DNA of 64,000 nt from Octopus vulgaris (lineage: Eukaryota). Numbering within the stretch: the stretch's first letter is position 1; every line of letters starts with the position of its first letter. Shown here in pieces: positions 1 to 15,299 of the stretch. The translations under genes and the position numbers were made by a program. Location of the stretch: contig OX597817.1 of assembly GCA_951406725.2 (NCBI GenBank), positions 157,108,001-157,172,000 of the forward strand. Reading direction: 5' to 3'. The notes below the pieces were generated by a model. The model did not search any database and was not told the origin of the DNA. It was given only the letters and a program-made list of their open reading frames with translations.

Positions 1-437
1 TAACAGCTGCATTCCATACCCACTTCCACACACACACTCTCTTTCTTTCTCTCTCTCTCTCTCTCTCTCTAAACATTACCTTGCTAAAGAGCAGGGTACA
101 GAATATAATGTGACACCACAGTTAATATTAGAGATACAGTGGACACTGTTCTTAAATATTTATCTGGTGTTTATCAAAGTTATTTTACTCTAAAAAGTAT
201 AGTCAATATCAAATCAATTAGACCTGAAGGTTTATTCACCTTATACATTTTATTTATTATATATATATATATATATATATATGACACATATATTATATAT
301 CGGAAGGGCATCCAGCCGTAGAAACACTGCCAGATCTGACTGGGCCTGATGAAGCCTTCTGGCTTCACAGACCCCAGTTGAGCCGTCCAACCCATGCTAG
401 CATGGAAAACGGACGCTAAACGATGATGATGATATAT

Positions 438-805
438 ATGGCACATAAAAAGCACCATCCGAACGTGGCCGATGCCAGCGCCGCCCTGACTGGCTCCTGT
501 GCCGGTGGCACATAAAAAGCACCATCCGAACGTGGCCGTTGCCAGTGCCGCCTTGGTTGGCTTCCGTGCCGGTGGCACATTAAAAGGTCCAACCGATCGT
601 GGCCGATGCCGTACCCCCCTGGTGCAGGTGGCACGTAAAAAGCACCCACTACACTCGCGGAGTGGTTGGCGTTAGGAAGGGCATCCAGCTGTAGAAACTC
701 TGCCAGATCAGACTGGAGCCTGGTGCAGCCCCTGGCTTCCCAGACCCCGGTCGAACCATCCAACCCCGTGCTAGCGCGGAAAACGGACGTTAAACGATGA
801 TGATG
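438..805 (+). mobile_element. RTE 3'-UTR-only copy; further + copies at 301-432, 1245-1600, 6488-6660, 10683-11038, 12405-12701, 33398-33702, 47283-47668
   Basis: Shares GGTGGCACGTAAAAAGCACCCACTACACTC..GGCGTTAGGAAGGGCATCCAGC..(GAT)n with the 3' end of the RTE at 53757-55421. Confidence 0.85.
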
Positions 806-1739
806 ATATATGTGTGTGTGCAGCAATTCAGACAGATTTAGATTTTCCCTGAAGCTAAATAGAATCTATCTGGTAAGGTTGTCTTATGACATGTGTTAAT
901 CCTAAAATAATAGTATATATATATATAACCCTGTAAGTAATGTACTTTCTCGTAATAAACTCTCATTATGTTATAAATTTTAACCAAATACATTTTTCCT
1001 TTCCTAAAGTAAAGGAAAATAACCTGAATTTCAAGCTTGTGGCGAGTTGGTTAGAATATAAATTTCAGTCATTCCTCTTCATTAGAATTGCATAGTAATC
1101 TGCATATGATATTATTAAACTGAAAGTAAAAGAACAAAATTGAGTGGGTCAGATTTCACTGACTTATATATAGTGTTGCAATAATGTCCTCACACTTCAT
1201 AATAGATTATGAAAAGCCACTAAAATTTTTATATTTAACAACAAAAATGAAATCGAAATCGAATCAAATTCGATGACTGGCACCCATGTCAGTGGGGCAC
1301 TAAGAGCACCATCTGAGCGAGGTTGTTGCCAGTGCCGCTGGACCAGCTCCTGTACAGATGGCATGTATAAAACACCATTTGAGCGTGGTCGTCGCCAGCA
1401 CCGCCTGACTGGCCCTCATGCTGGTGGCACGTAAAAGCACCCACTACACTCTTGGAGTGGTTGGCGTTAGGAAGGTCATTCAGCTGTAGGAACTCTGCCA
1501 GATCAGATTGGAGCCTGGTGCGGCCATCTGGTTCACCAGTCCTCAGTCAAATCGTCCAACCCATGCTAGCATAGAAAGCGGACGTTAAATGATGATGATG
1601 AACATAAACAGCAGTTTCAGTCTATGAAGCTTGGCCATATACAGGTTTGTCTGTCCTAATGCTAACCTTGCTGTGGAAGTTAACATTTTCTTAGATTCAA
1701 CCAAATTCTTCTCATTTGCTAATTGAAATATAAGTTTAA

Positions 1740-1959
1740 CCCTTTAGCATTCAAACTGGCCATATCCAGCCAAAATATTTAACCTGTTTTATATTGAAAC
1801 TGACCAGATTCAGCCTCTCACCCCAGCCCTACAATGTCATTCTAAAACTAAAAAATCACATCACTGAAATCTCTAAACTACAAGATAATGCATGATTAAT
1901 TCAAACCATTTTAAATAAACAAACATCACATTTGACAGAATAATCTGAACACTAAAGGG
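1740..1959. mobile_element. piggyBac-type MITE; related copies near 4130-4340, 13255-13420, 19372-19596, 28420-28605
   Basis: TTAA|CCCTTTAGCATTCA ... TGAACACTAAAGGG|TTAA. Confidence 0.8.
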
Positions 1960-3863
1960 TTAAAAAGAATGATGCAGAAGGAATCAATGTTAGCATGTAT
2001 ACAAAGTTGTATGTTTACAGCTATTTTTTTTTAAATTGTATAAAATGACATTCTGGAATTGACTTTGAAACAGGTGAGGGTTTGCAACAGGAAGGGTAAC
2101 TGGCTGTAGAAAATTCACCACAAAAATAGTGCGAAACACATGCATTTTATAGATGCAGGCATAGGTATGTTTGCTTCCCATTCATGGAACAAGGACATAT
2201 TAAGTGGAGATGAAACAGAAAATGAATTGATTGAAAATGTCATGTTCAGATATTGCATATTATGTCACTATTTATGTTCATTTCAGTATTCTATTTGATG
2301 AGTGTTGTGTTACCTATGTACTATTGATTGGTGTTGTATTATACTTATTTCCTAGATATATTCAAGCTAGCTCTATGTTGATATTACTTACAAATATGAG
2401 ATCCATTGCTTAATTCTTATTTTCTCTGTCTCATTAGACCTTATTTTCCATTGTGACATAACCAGAATATTCTTAGTATCAATTTGCCACCAGGTAGCTT
2501 TTTCCTACCTGTGTGAGTAATTGAACCTAATTCTGGTTTACCCTAAGTTTTGGTTATGCTCCCAACAACTTCCTTTTGAATTATTAACCTATTTACTGTC
2601 ATTTTTAATAACGACAATGCTAAAACCACTTTCAAAGACTAGGTTTACTTTGGCGGCCTGAAAGCACTTCACTTGTTCAGTTCCTGTTTGTACATGCTCA
2701 AGTGAGGCCCACACTGCTTACAACTGATGTCATTCCACACACACACATTAATTTAGACTACTTGAACAAAAAGGCTCAATCACTGACACACTATTACAAT
2801 AATATTTGTTCTGGAAAAGTATATACCCTCCCGACCTAAGCTCGCTTGATACACATCATCCCTACTGTGTATCATCAACCTTCTCTTGATTCCATTACTA
2901 AACTGTGGTCTACTATTATCCTGCTCCCTTACACACAAGATTCCAAACTCCAAATACTCAAATGAAACAACTGCAGTGATCTCACCGATCTGGGATGTCC
3001 TACCCTCAATAAACATGGGTGCTTCTCTTCCTTGACTCACTTTTTATTTGGAAAAAATGTTTAAATAAATCAGTAGCACATACCAAAGGTGATTGTTAAG
3101 TAAGAAACATTCATTGTCTCTGTGGTATTTCCACCATTTGTTTGGTTTTTTTTTTTTTGTAGGTTATTTAGTAACTGTGCTTCTTTAATTGCTACACTTA
3201 ATTTTCAACATGGATCTGCTATTTAGTCATCTCTGTTATTTTCTGTATCATTTCGTGTGATTTATTTCTTAACAATGATCCATTATTGAAATACAATCAC
3301 ACATTAAGAAGACTGGTTTTCCTGTTATTCACCCTATGACATTTCTGCATCTGTCCATCCCCAGCATTCGCCAGTCTAGTAACAACTTTCGCTTTTTATA
3401 ATTCTTGAAACTAGTGCGATTTAATCCTATGGGAATAAATAAGCATTACATTTGATAAGGTAATCTGAATGCTAAAGGGTTAATGAGCTATGAACAATTT
3501 TTATGCTGACTTACATTTCATATTTACATCTGTAGCATACAATTTGAAATCTTGGTAAGCTTTGGAGTAAATACAGATTGTTTTGAGGGAATTAGTGTGG
3601 GTGTGTGTTTATGAAGGGTGTTTCATAATTAGGGTTGAGCCATGACATGTGAATGAAACAAAGATAAACAGAAATACTGTGTGAACCTGATTTAATACCA
3701 CTACTGGCCCTCTAGCAGTTATCAGACCAAGTCTTATGATAACTTGATATCTTTGTATCTGGCTTCTTACAACAACACTCAATGAATCATGTTTTCTTCC
3801 TTCCTTTCCCACTTGTCTTGGAGTACTTACAAAAGTCATGGCTACCAACTTTCTTCTAAAGTC

Positions 3864-3909
<46 letters not shown>

Positions 3910-6900
3910 CACTCTCACACACAAGTGAATTTGAATAATTTAAGGGAATTGGTATTTTAGGGGAACAAAAACAAATTAAGGATAGGACCTGCTGGACAGG
4001 GGCAATTCTATTCTGTTTAGGTTGGCTTACAGATCTGTTTACTAAAACACGAGGATGATGAAAATACCACTCCTGTTCTAAACCAATTAGGTACATCAGT
4101 TGGCTGTGGTTAAGCAAGAATTATTCCTTAATCCTTTAGCTTTTAAACCAACCATATCAGGCCCAAATATCCCACCTGTTTTAGGCTCAGACTGGCCAGA
4201 TCCAGCCTCTCACACATCATTCTAGATATATACAGTCACATCATCAAAATCTCAAAACTACAAAATGAAGTATGATTAATTCAAAGAGATGTGAATAAAT
4301 AAGCATTGCTTAGGACATAATAATTTGAATGATAAATGGTTAATCATTTCTTAGTCATTTCCTGGTACAGTTTAATGTATCTGAGAAATAGGAGTGGGGA
4401 TGCCATTGATTTTCAAATTTTGATTTTTAAAATTTTTTTTTTTTCCTCATGGATAAACTGTGATTGTTACATGGACAACTGGTAAGAAATGACAGCAGAA
4501 GAAATGTTGCAACAAATGAAAGAAAATAGTAGCTTGCTAACCAACCACATGGTTCCGGGTTCAGTCCCACTGCGTGGCATCTTGGGCAAGTGTCTTCTGC
4601 TATAGCCCCGGGCCGACCAATGCCTTGTGAGTGGATTTGGTAGACGGAAACTGAAACATATATATGTATGTGTTTGTGTGTCTGTGTTTGTCCCCCCAAC
4701 ATTGCTTGACAACCGATGCTGGTGTGTTTACGTCCCCGACACTTAGCAGTTCGACAAAAGAGACCGATAGAATAAGTACTGGGCTTACAAAGAATAAGTC
4801 CCGGGGTCGATTTGCTTGACTAAAGGCGGTGCTCCAGCATGGCCGCAGTCAAATGACTGAAACAAGTAAAAAAAAAAAAAAAAGCATATCCCCCACAACA
4901 ATCAACAAGCTTGACACCTAACTGGACTTTAATATTGGTCTCAAATTTTGGCACAAGGCAGCAGATTACATCAACCCCAGTGCTCCACTGGTTATTTTAT
5001 TGGCTCTGAATTCAGAAAGTAAAATCGGAAGAAATGCTGCTAATCATTTTAATGGTATGGTAGTGGTTCTGCTAGCTCACCTCCTTAACTGGTCCTTAAT
5101 ATTAATGCTCTTGCTGTCAAAGGGACATGTAGATCTGGTGAGCTGGTGTTTTGAAAGACTTGGTTGCAGTGGCATCAAGAAACAATCAGGTTAATGCTGT
5201 CCATTGAGTATGGAAGATTTTTGTACCTGAACAAAATATGTCTTGTAACACCAGGGTGGCAAAGAAGTTACTCAGTGGAGCAGCACAACCAAAATCCTTC
5301 CTTAGTGCACCTGTAGTAGCATTAAGGAATCCAACATAATGCAGGATTTTGTAACAGCCTGTTCTAAATTGCCAGCCTAAGTTGTCATAACGGCCTTATG
5401 AGAATTGATTAGAGGTTTCAGAGAAGATGGGAACCCATTAAGAATTAACAAACAGATCTAAAATACAAGATTTGTGAGTAGGCATTTCTTTGTGAAGTTA
5501 AACTTGAAGGGTCAAAACCTGGTTTGATATGGTTAATTTGATAACCTAGATTTTGTTGAAAATTTACATTATTCAATGTCATATTGAATATACTAGTAAC
5601 TTGCAAGAACTTAGAGATAAGTTTTTTGTTATTCTTTAGTTGTACTATATAAAGGTGATGTCATCTAGATAGGTGCATGTGCCCTCCGACTTAGTTTGCA
5701 CAAACAACATTGCCTATAATCCATTGATACACTGTAGGATCTTTTGTAAGAATCAAGATGTAATGACTGTCTGCTCTGAGAGTAGTCAATATTTTTTTAA
5801 GCATTGGATTGCCAATGCAGTACAATGATATGTACTATATAAGTCATTAGAAGCTGGACAGTGTCTAAGCAGATGTCTTTTATTAAAAGCTTCAGAATTG
5901 TTGACTGCTAACCTCCTATTGTTAACATTAGTAAATCATATGCTTGTGTTTCACAGGCTGAGTCATCTGGTTTGCTGATGTTTTTCTCTGAGCCATACTC
6001 TTCAGTTCTGATCAAATACTCTTGACATTATATGACATAATCACAGGTTTAAAAATCTAGGACAGATTAGAAAAGACAGTACATGCTACCTCAGTTGGCC
6101 TTGCTAAAAGTCAATCTGCGCAGAGTTCTACTTTAACAGGTGGATATTTCTCAGAAGAGGAATAGCAAGAAAAAAGGGTTTGCACAGCAGCCAGGGAGTA
6201 CAAGGGATCATAACATCATATTTGACTATATAAAGTAAGAACACAAATGAGTTGAGGTTCCTTACAACTGTTTCAGGCATGTTTTTTTTTATTTTTCTTC
6301 AGTTACATCATGAAGAAAAAAATATATTTTCTTAGGTTTACATCTAAAATTTAAGATTTGTCTCATAACGAATACATTTTGATTCCCTCATCTCTGATGA
6401 TCGGGGAGTGAATATACAAGGTATGGCTAGACCTTATATGGGGAGAAATGGTCATTTTATATATTTATATATATATATATATATATAGCTGGATGTCCTT
6501 CCTAACGCCAACCACTACACTCTCGGAGTTGTTGGCGTTAGGAAGGGCATCCAGCTGTAGAAACTCTACCAGATCAGATTGGAGTCTGGTTCGCCAGACC
6601 TTAGTCAAATCATCCAACCCATGCTAGCATGGAAAGCGGACGTTAAATGATGATGATGATATATATATTTATAAAACCATAATTGTTGACATCATAAGAA
6701 TCTTTTGAGAGAATGTGAAATAATTCATTTTTGGAATATTGGCTCTCCAAACATTTCATATGAAGTTATTAATAATAATAGCATATACATATTAGGTTGA
6801 AAACTCTTTTGGATGGAAAAAGTTGAAGACTACCTGTGGGGATTTGGGTTCAAGTACCACAAGTATCTTTTGACTGTCTCTTCCTGAAAGGGTTTTTTTT

Positions 6901-9900
6901 TAAATTGAATATTAATATACTATTAACAGCTTTGTGATGTGCCTCAAAAGCCAGTATTCCAACAGAAGATAGATATTTATACTTAGATTTTTGTTCACTT
7001 TTTTTTTTCTTCAAGTTAACTAAAGGCATTGATCTCATGTTATAGTCTTTAAGCAGCAACTTGAGATACACACAACTGTGTGTCCCTTTTTCCTTACTTG
7101 TTAACAACTGGTGGCAACTTAGCAAAGTTGTTAAAGCATCAGATAAAGCACAGTACAGTATTTGTTCTCACTCTGTACCTTGAGTTCAAATCTCACTGAT
7201 TTTGTTCTTTTGGGATCAATAGAAGAAAGGTACAACCCACTGTAGTTAATTGATGGAATTGTCGCAACATTGTATTAAATGCCTTGTGATATTTCGTCCA
7301 GATCTTTGTGTCCTGATTGGATGACACACTTAATTCATTACCTAATTGAACACCACCACCACCACCTGGTCTACCGTTTTAGTATACCTTTCCCCCACAC
7401 TTCCTACCACTCTCATAGCATTAGCACTGCTTTCCCTCTTAACTGAAAACTTGAAAGAAAGAAAAAAGTATTAAAGGCTGGGACATTAGGTGTGACATTC
7501 CATGGAAAACTCTCGTAGAAATGACACCTTTGACACTGAGAAAACCTCTTTTCATAATCTTCATTTCAGAATCAAAAATACTTCTGTTGTCACTTTGATG
7601 GAACCTGTTGCATGATTTTCTACTTGAAGAACATACATATATCTGAAGATCTTTCATGACTTTTTCCAAAACAACTGGCCTGATTTGTGATTGAAGTCTT
7701 GTTTTGACTATCTGGTTTGTATACAGGCAGTAGAGATTCTGGCTATAAGATGAACCTTGATATCTTTAAGCTCTAATTGTGTCAGCAACAACATTTTAGT
7801 TGTTAAATTTAAGGCTCATTTTCTAAAGATATCTTACATACTCAACAGGTTCTGTGATGAATTGTGTTTGGAAATTGCAATGGTGTTATCAAGGATTGTG
7901 CACTCAGAAATAATTTCCAAGCTTCCTAATTGAATGGAATTTACTAGGAGTTGCTGATAAATCATTGGTTCTTTCTTCGAGAGTATCTCATATAAAGTCA
8001 AACAATGAATGGTGCTTAACCCTCTTGATACCAACCCACCTGAGACCACTTCTGGTTCAGTGGTGCAAGCTTCTAGTTTTGAGTGGTTCTAAAATTAACT
8101 TTCCATCAAAATTTAATATTAGTTTCAAACAATAACAAGTTATTTTATTGAATTCATTATTTTGAAAACTAATTGAAACAAAATTAGTGTTTCAGTATCA
8201 TCATCATCATCGTTTAACATCCATTTTCTATGTTGGCATGGGTTGGACGGTTTGACTGAGGTCTGGAGAGCCAGCGGCTGCACCAGGATCCACTCTGATC
8301 TGGCAATGTTTTTACAGCTGGATGTCCTTCCTAACACCAACCTCTCCGAGAGTGTAGTGGGTGCATTGTATGTGCCACCAGCACAGGAGCCAGTTAGGTG
8401 GGCCTGGCATCGATCACGTTCTGATAGTGTTTTTTTACATGCTACTGGCACAGGGGCCAATCAGGAGGTACTGCCATCGGCCGTGTTCAGTTGCTGCTTA
8501 TTACATGCCACAGGTATGAGAACCAATCGGGAGGGTACGGGCATCAGCCACATTCGGATGGTGCTTTTTATGTGTCGCCAGCAGGGGAGCCAGTCGGGTG
8601 GAACTGGCATGATATAAATGAGTATAAATGAGAAAATAAAAGAATTAACGATGCATAGCACTTCAGAAGCAGTAATTGCAGAGTCTCCTAGTAATTTGAA
8701 AACTATTTCTATTTACAGCATCTTTATGTAAATTACAACACAGTTACATTATAAAAGAACCATTTTAGTCATTTAATGATTCACAAAACTTGAAGTTTGA
8801 TGTCTAATTTTTCATTGCACAACTGCAACCCAGTCAATGTTTCTCAAGCCTTTTTTTTTTTTTTTTTTTTTTTTTACCTATGGACTCCTTTGATTCCTAT
8901 TTTACTCAGGTGGACCACCCCACCCAACCAACCCCCAGCGTTTTAATGTTTAAAAAATCCTATTATATTTTTACAGTTGAATATTATTAGGAATTGTATT
9001 AGAAAAAAAAAATTGCTGAAGTATTCTGTGTATTGTAGAATTATAACCAATTTATTGCAGATAAATTTTAACTTCAAAATTTTGTATGGACTCTGGTTCA
9101 GAACCACTGCACTATATCTATGACTTTAGGAAAGCCAGTTACAGAGGTGGTGGAAGTCGGTTTTAATTCTTGATTTGGTAACAGCAGATTCAAGTGCCAG
9201 CTAGACCATAATCTGCCCCATCTTCTTTCATTTGTGCTTGTTAAATAACATCAAATGATGATATAACAGAATTGTTTAGCGTTCCATTCTCAACTATTTT
9301 TATTGATATTTTATTTATTTAATTTTAATTTTTTTCCTTAATGGCATAATTCTTGACCTTTGCATTTAAACTATGGGAGACCTTTAAAGAATACTGTAAA
9401 TTATAGAAATTTAGGTTATAATAGGTTATAGAAATTTCTTGTCAAAAAGAAAGCAAGAATATCAGCTACCATTTATTTCTAACTTCCCTCACACCTTCAC
9501 TCCTTTTCCTTCAGAACCACTTATAGACTATTTCTCAGAAAAACCACTTATCTTTTCTTTCATAAGGCTCCAAAAAAAAAATTTTTTTTTTTTCAATATT
9601 GTTCTCTCGTTTTTTACCCCTCTTCATGTCTTCGTATCTAATAAGTTACACTATTTTATTATTTCAATTCTTACCTAGTTTGGATTAATTATTAGGTGTC
9701 ATTTTCCAATTAAAACATTTTACTTAAATGTGTTACACAATCCGAGTTCAGAATTCTTAAACGTTCTTATTGCTCAAGGGAGACAACCCTCCATTATCAG
9801 TTGGTGTGTTACATGAAGGAAAGTCAGTTGGGCTGACTTGAATCCTTTAACACATTAGAACTGTTGGTGGTTCTCGATAATATCATTTGAAAATTTTCAT

Positions 9901-12900
9901 TTTGACGAATTTTATCTGCCTTGGCACAAGGTTCTTTTAGAGTGGTTTAAAGTTCGATTTAGTCTATCTAGTGTATTATTGGTACCTTTCAAATGATATT
10001 TGAACTTGGAAATTTAGTGTAAAGCCTCTCTAATCCAATGTTTATTTCCACCCACCATCTTGACTTGTATAGCTGTTAATCGAATCCATTATGAGTGTGA
10101 TCTAAATTTACACTTGCAATGGTTGGGTCTGCTTTAGATTTGACCAGTAATTTTTGATTTTTCATAATAAGTAACCTCCAAAAAGTGTCGAGAAAATCCA
10201 TTTTATTTCAGGTTTCTACAGTCTGTAAAGGAACTTGATTTTTTTTTTTAACATTGATATATGGCTAAAATTCTTCTTTAGAGGTCGCTATCATCTGTAA
10301 ATTTAGCAAGTAGGCCCTGGTTTTAAAGCTTTGGCAATTTTAGAACGTCTTATATAATTAGTAATAATTACTCAGTTGATAGTGTTTCTAGTTGGTTTAC
10401 AAGGTTTTTGTTTATCATTTTTGACAGTCAGTTGCTTTCCAGTATCTTGGGAATGTGATACGTTCATTCAATTGTAGTGTAAGCCGTAGATGTGGAAAAA
10501 AAAATTCCTCTTGAAATAACTGTAATCATAGTCTACAAATAGCAGTTCTGGGTTCAAACCCCACCAAGCTAAACTTTGCCTTTCATCCTTTCAGGATCAC
10601 TAAAATATAATACTGGTATCAAAACCCCCACATTTCAAAATTGCTGGCCTAGTGTCTAAATCAAGACACATTGTTATTAATATCGAAATCGATCAAAAAT
10701 CAATGGAAATTGTAGTTGTGATACCAGTGCTGGTGGCATGTAAAAGAACCATCCAAACGTAGCCATAGCCAGCGCTGTCTCGACTGGCCTCTGTGCCGGT
10801 GACATGTAAAAAGCACCAACCGATCGTGGCTGTTGCCAGCCTTTTCTGGCCCCTGTGCAGGTGGCATGTAAAAAGCACCCACTATACTCACGGAGTAGAT
10901 GGCATTAGGAAGGGCATCCAGCTGTAGAAACACTGTCAGATCAGACTGGGCCTGGTGCAGCCTCCTGGCTTCCCAGATCCCAGTCGAACTGTCCAACCCA
11001 TGCTAGCATGGAAAGCGGATGTTAAACGATGATGATGATTTTATTTTCTAGTCTGCCATTCTCGGGTTGATTTATGTAAATACCATTTGGTGGTAAGTTT
11101 GATTAGTTCAACAGATTAGGCCGGTTGCATGAAACTTTTAGTTATGGGTTTACAATCACAGTTGCTACAGACCTTCATTATGTGAGAAGCAGACTGTATA
11201 TGCTAGTTGATTGTGCATGATCTGATGATTATGCATTGTTAATCCTCACAAAAACTGGAGAGCAAGTAAGCTGAGAGATTAACTGAGTATTATGTACACC
11301 AGTCAAAACTGTGCAAGAGAAATGATTGCTGATATGGGACATGTGATGTGTATGATCGATTATAAAGCTGGTGAGACAAAATGTTGTAATGGTTGGCTTT
11401 CGATGTGCAAGTGGTGAAGTTAAGTCTCAGGATATGACAAAAAAGTGAGGCAATTGTTGGAGTGACTGCACAGTAGCCAGACCTTCCTTATCAAAATGAG
11501 AAATGGTCTTGAAAAGTTGACAAGTTAAAATTTTTGTTTCTTTAATGCTGTCAGATAGACATGTTTTGAGTTAGCTCCCTTGGGTGGTTAGGCTAGGTTG
11601 CATGATTTCTGCTAAAGCTTGAAGCAAACAACTACAGATCAAATATGTTGTTTTCAATGTTTTTCATATTGGAGAAGTTGGTTGTTTAACAGTCTACATA
11701 TTTACTATAAATAAATATTGTTTGAAGTATGCTTGAGTTGAGGTTTTTAGTAAGTGGAAATCTTCATGATGTTGTTTTAGCAATCCGAATAATTTTGACC
11801 GGGGTAGTTTACCATGATACCATATCTTAAAGCCAGGGTTACTGCTACTTAAAAAATACTTTGATTTTATAAGTTTTGTGGGTATTTTTTTTTCTTTCAA
11901 TTCTGTGTGTTTTATGGAATGAGGTAGACAAAGACAAGTTTTGCTTCACTTTTAAAATGAGAACAAAGTTTTATAAATTGAGTGGAATGAAAAGCAGACA
12001 AAGGGAGGTTGAGTTTGCTGGCATAACCTTTTATGTCTTTATCATCATAAAACTAACTGCGACATATTAAAACTGATACAGCCATTTCACTATACCCTTG
12101 CAATAATGATTTCAAATTTTTTTCCACAAAGGCAGCGTGGGTGAGGTGGGGATGAGTCAATTATATCGACCCCCAGTGTTCAACTGGTACTTGTTTTATT
12201 GACCCCATAGGGATGAATGGCAAAGACGATCTTGGCCAAATTTGAACTCGGGATGTAAAGACAGACAAAATACCGCTAAGCATTTTGCCCGGCATGCTAA
12301 CGATTCTACCAGCTCAACAACTTTCAATGATATTCAATAATATCATCGCAATGATATTCAGTCTATAACTTTATGATAAATAATATATTATCACGATTGA
12401 TAAGAGAACCATCCGAATGTGGCCATTGCCAGCGCCGCCCCGACTGGCCCCCGTGCCGGTGACACGTAAAAAGCACTATCCGATTGTGGCCATTTGCCAG
12501 CCTCGTCTGGCACCTGTGCAGGTGGCACGTAAAAAGCACCCACTACACTCACGGAGTGGTTGGCGTTAGGAAGGGCATCCAGCTGTAGAAACACTGCCAG
12601 ATCAGATTGGAGCCTGGTGCAGCCTTCTTGCTACCCAGACCCCAGTTGAACCGTCCAACCCATGCTAGCATGGAAAATGGACGTTAAACGATGATGATGA
12701 TGGTAGTGTAATAGATTGGTAGAATCAGTGGAGTGTCATGCAAATTGTTTCACAGTATTTAGTTTTGTATTTCCTTCTTTTTTGAGTTTGGATCCCTCTG
12801 AGTCTAACTGCTTTTCATTTGTTGAAGGTTGACAAATTGAGTGCCAATCAAGTATGGCTATCTATTCACTCCTCAGAATTACTGGTTTTGTTCCTATGAA

Positions 12901-12990
12901 AGAAAACAGTGTCATTGATGTTGTCATAGTTTCAGGTTTGATTCTTTCCTGTATGTATAACATTTGTCTGTCTTTTCTTTTATTTTGTAG

Positions 12991-13142
12991 ATACTTTAAT
13001 GAATTTTATGCTCCTGATTTTGCTCGATCTGGAAACGTTGCCACACAAGATGTTGACATAGATGCAGGGCCTTTGGCAAATTTTTCTCATTCCATGGAAC
13101 CACAGTTGAGACAACTTGGACTTCCAACTAGCCTTAATAGAG
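12991..13142 (+). CDS. MRTO4: mRNA turnover protein 4 homolog (ribosome assembly factor Mrt4), internal coding exon
   Basis: Acceptor tttttgtag| and donor |gttagt. Translates YFNEFYAPDFARSGNVATQDVDIDAGPLANFSHSMEPQLRQLGLPTSLNRG, containing the Mrt4 signature HSMEPQLRQLGLPT. Enters in phase 2, exits in phase 1. Confidence 0.95.
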
Positions 13143-13615
13143 GTTAGTTATATATATATTAATTCCATTCATTTCAGTTTATTAGCTTTTCATATTTAAC
13201 TAGGCTTGTTTACTGATGATCTACCATGAAACTGTTGAGGTATCTTAACACTTTGTTGTTTAAACTGGCCAGATCTTGCCTCTCAAACATACCCTACAAT
13301 GTCATTCTAAAAATAAACATATCATTGAAATCTCCAAGCTACAAGATAGTGCATGATTAATTCTAAACAATATGAGTAAAAGAGCATGACATTTGACGGG
13401 AACATCTGAATGCTAAAGGGTTAATCTTCTTGGGAAGGAAGTTTGCTTTGATTTTGAAAATCTGTTACTTTTGTATTGCAAGATAATGTTTGTCTTGTGA
13501 AGGACTGATGATAGTAAAAATTGTGAGGTGCTAATCGTTTACATAGTTTATGTGAGAAATAATTTTCTTTGGTTAAAATCAATTCCATTACAATCTTTGT
13601 GTAAACAGTAATTTT

Positions 13616-14020
13616 TATTTCTTTACTGCCCACAAGGGGCTAAACATAGAGGGGACAAATAAGGGATTAAGTCGATTACATCAACCCCAGTGCATAACTG
13701 GTACTTATTTAATCAACTCCGAAAGGATGAAAGGCAAAGTCAACTTCAGCAGAATTTGAACTCAGAACGTAACGGCTGATGAAATACCTATTTCTTTACT
13801 ACCCACAATGGGCTAAACACAGAGAGGACAATCAAGGACAGACAAAGGGATTAAGTCGATTATATCGACCCCAGTGCATAACTGGTACTTATTTAATCGA
13901 CCCCGAAAGGATGAAAGGCAAAGTCGACCTCAGCAGAATTTGAACTCAGAACGTAACGGCCGACGAAATACCGCTAAGCATTTTGCCTGGAGTGCTAACG
14001 ATTCTGCCAGCTCGCTGCCT
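13616..14020 (-). mobile_element. SINE family C (Nin/Deu-like core), two tandem copies; others 12130-12320 (-), 27765-27981 (+), 57400-57573 (-)
   Basis: GAGTTCAAATTC B box followed by CTTTCATCCTTTCGGGGTCGAT.AAATAAGTACC core. Confidence 0.8.
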
Positions 14021-14642
14021 TGTAAACAGCAATTATATCACAGTATCATCATCATTGTTTAATGTCTGCTTTCCTTGCTGGCATGAGTTGGATGATTTGA
14101 CATGGGTCTGACCAGCTGGGGGCTGTCCAGACTCCTGTTGTGGCATAGTTTCTAAGGCTGCATGCCCGTCTTAATGCCAGTAACTTAAGTGTGCCTGGTG
14201 CTTTTGATATGCCACTGGTACAGGTATTTTTGCACAGCACCAGTGTTTTTATTAATTTGGCCAGGTGCAAACATATTTCTGAAAATGTATATTGTCTTTA
14301 TGGTGTAATATTCAACTGTTTATCTATTGAAAATCTAATTTCATAATTAGAAAAAGAGGTTGCACAATTTAGTGGTTTGGGGTAAGTTGATATTAAGAGT
14401 TAAATTATGAGTTCATTCTTGTCTATATTCTGTGTTCAAATCTTGCCCAAAGTTTATAAAATAGGTAGGCATGTACAAGGATTAATTCAGTCAACTCCAG
14501 TTATGATTTAGTAGACTGTTTGACAGTATTTTGTTATAAAGTACTGTAGTTGGTATAATTGACTTCTCTCCCTCCTGGGAAATTCATAGCTTTATGTCAC
14601 TATAAAGAATCAACATTAAAATTTTTTTTTTCTTTCTTGTAG

Positions 14643-14719
14643 GTGTTATTACCTTGACTAAAGATTATCAAGTCTGTAAACAAGGAGAGAAATTAACTCC
14701 AGAACAAACCAGAATCTTG
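14643..14719 (+). CDS. MRTO4: MRTO4 internal coding exon
   Basis: Polypyrimidine tract then ttgtag| and |gtgagt. Continues in frame from the previous exon: (G)[25 protein letters not shown], matching the Mrt4 motif VTL..DY.VC..G..LTPEQ. Confidence 0.95.
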
Positions 14720-15299
14720 GTGAGTAACTAGCCTTGTAGCCTTTTTGAAGTTTTAACTGCCTTTCTTATTACTATCCTGTTTTTTAAGTTAGTTGGGGAA
14801 GAGGCATGTAGGATTCTACAGTGGTGGGACTGCTATAGTTGATGCTTGCCCTGAACTTCTGCCAGGGGTGAGGTGCTAAGGGTGTCTGGTTTTAATGCTT
14901 GCAATATGGTGAATGTTACTAAAAGCACTCAGGGACCAGAGTATGATGTTAAGCTAGATATTACATTAGGACTACATGCATCAGAAGTTACAGATAAAAA
15001 AATCTAGTTAGTTTTACTCTTAGTTATAATCATCATGGGTCTATATGACTCAAGAAGGAGCTTTCCTTTTAATCTTTTTTTAATGTACCATAATTATTGT
15101 TATGTGGTATTACTTTAATCTAAATAATTCTTTGCAAGTTATCCTTTTGAATCACAAAATAGCCCTATCTATCTTGTGGTAATAGTATATAGTGGCATGA
15201 TAACTAACATAGCAGCCCAATCTCCCTCAAAGCATACCCTACCTTTCTTTAAAAAGAATACATTGAATGATGTAGTTCTAGATGTATTATCCTTTGATC

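Noticed and set aside
345-370. CTGATGA followed by an AGCC/GGCT hairpin in RTE UTR copies (also near 39350)
   Set aside because: No GAAA box follows, and most copies read CTGGTGCA, so it is not a hammerhead.
6393-6456. CTGATGA...GAAATGGTC next to (TA)n
   Set aside because: Stems I and II do not pair convincingly.
1-12990. Search for upstream MRTO4 exons (expected ...GLLFTN... exon) and intronic snoRNAs
   Set aside because: Candidate acceptors (e.g. 3162, 4020, 5956, 10211) give no Mrt4-like peptide, and C/D-like motifs lack convincing terminal stems or guides. Upstream exons probably lie outside the window or were missed by eye.
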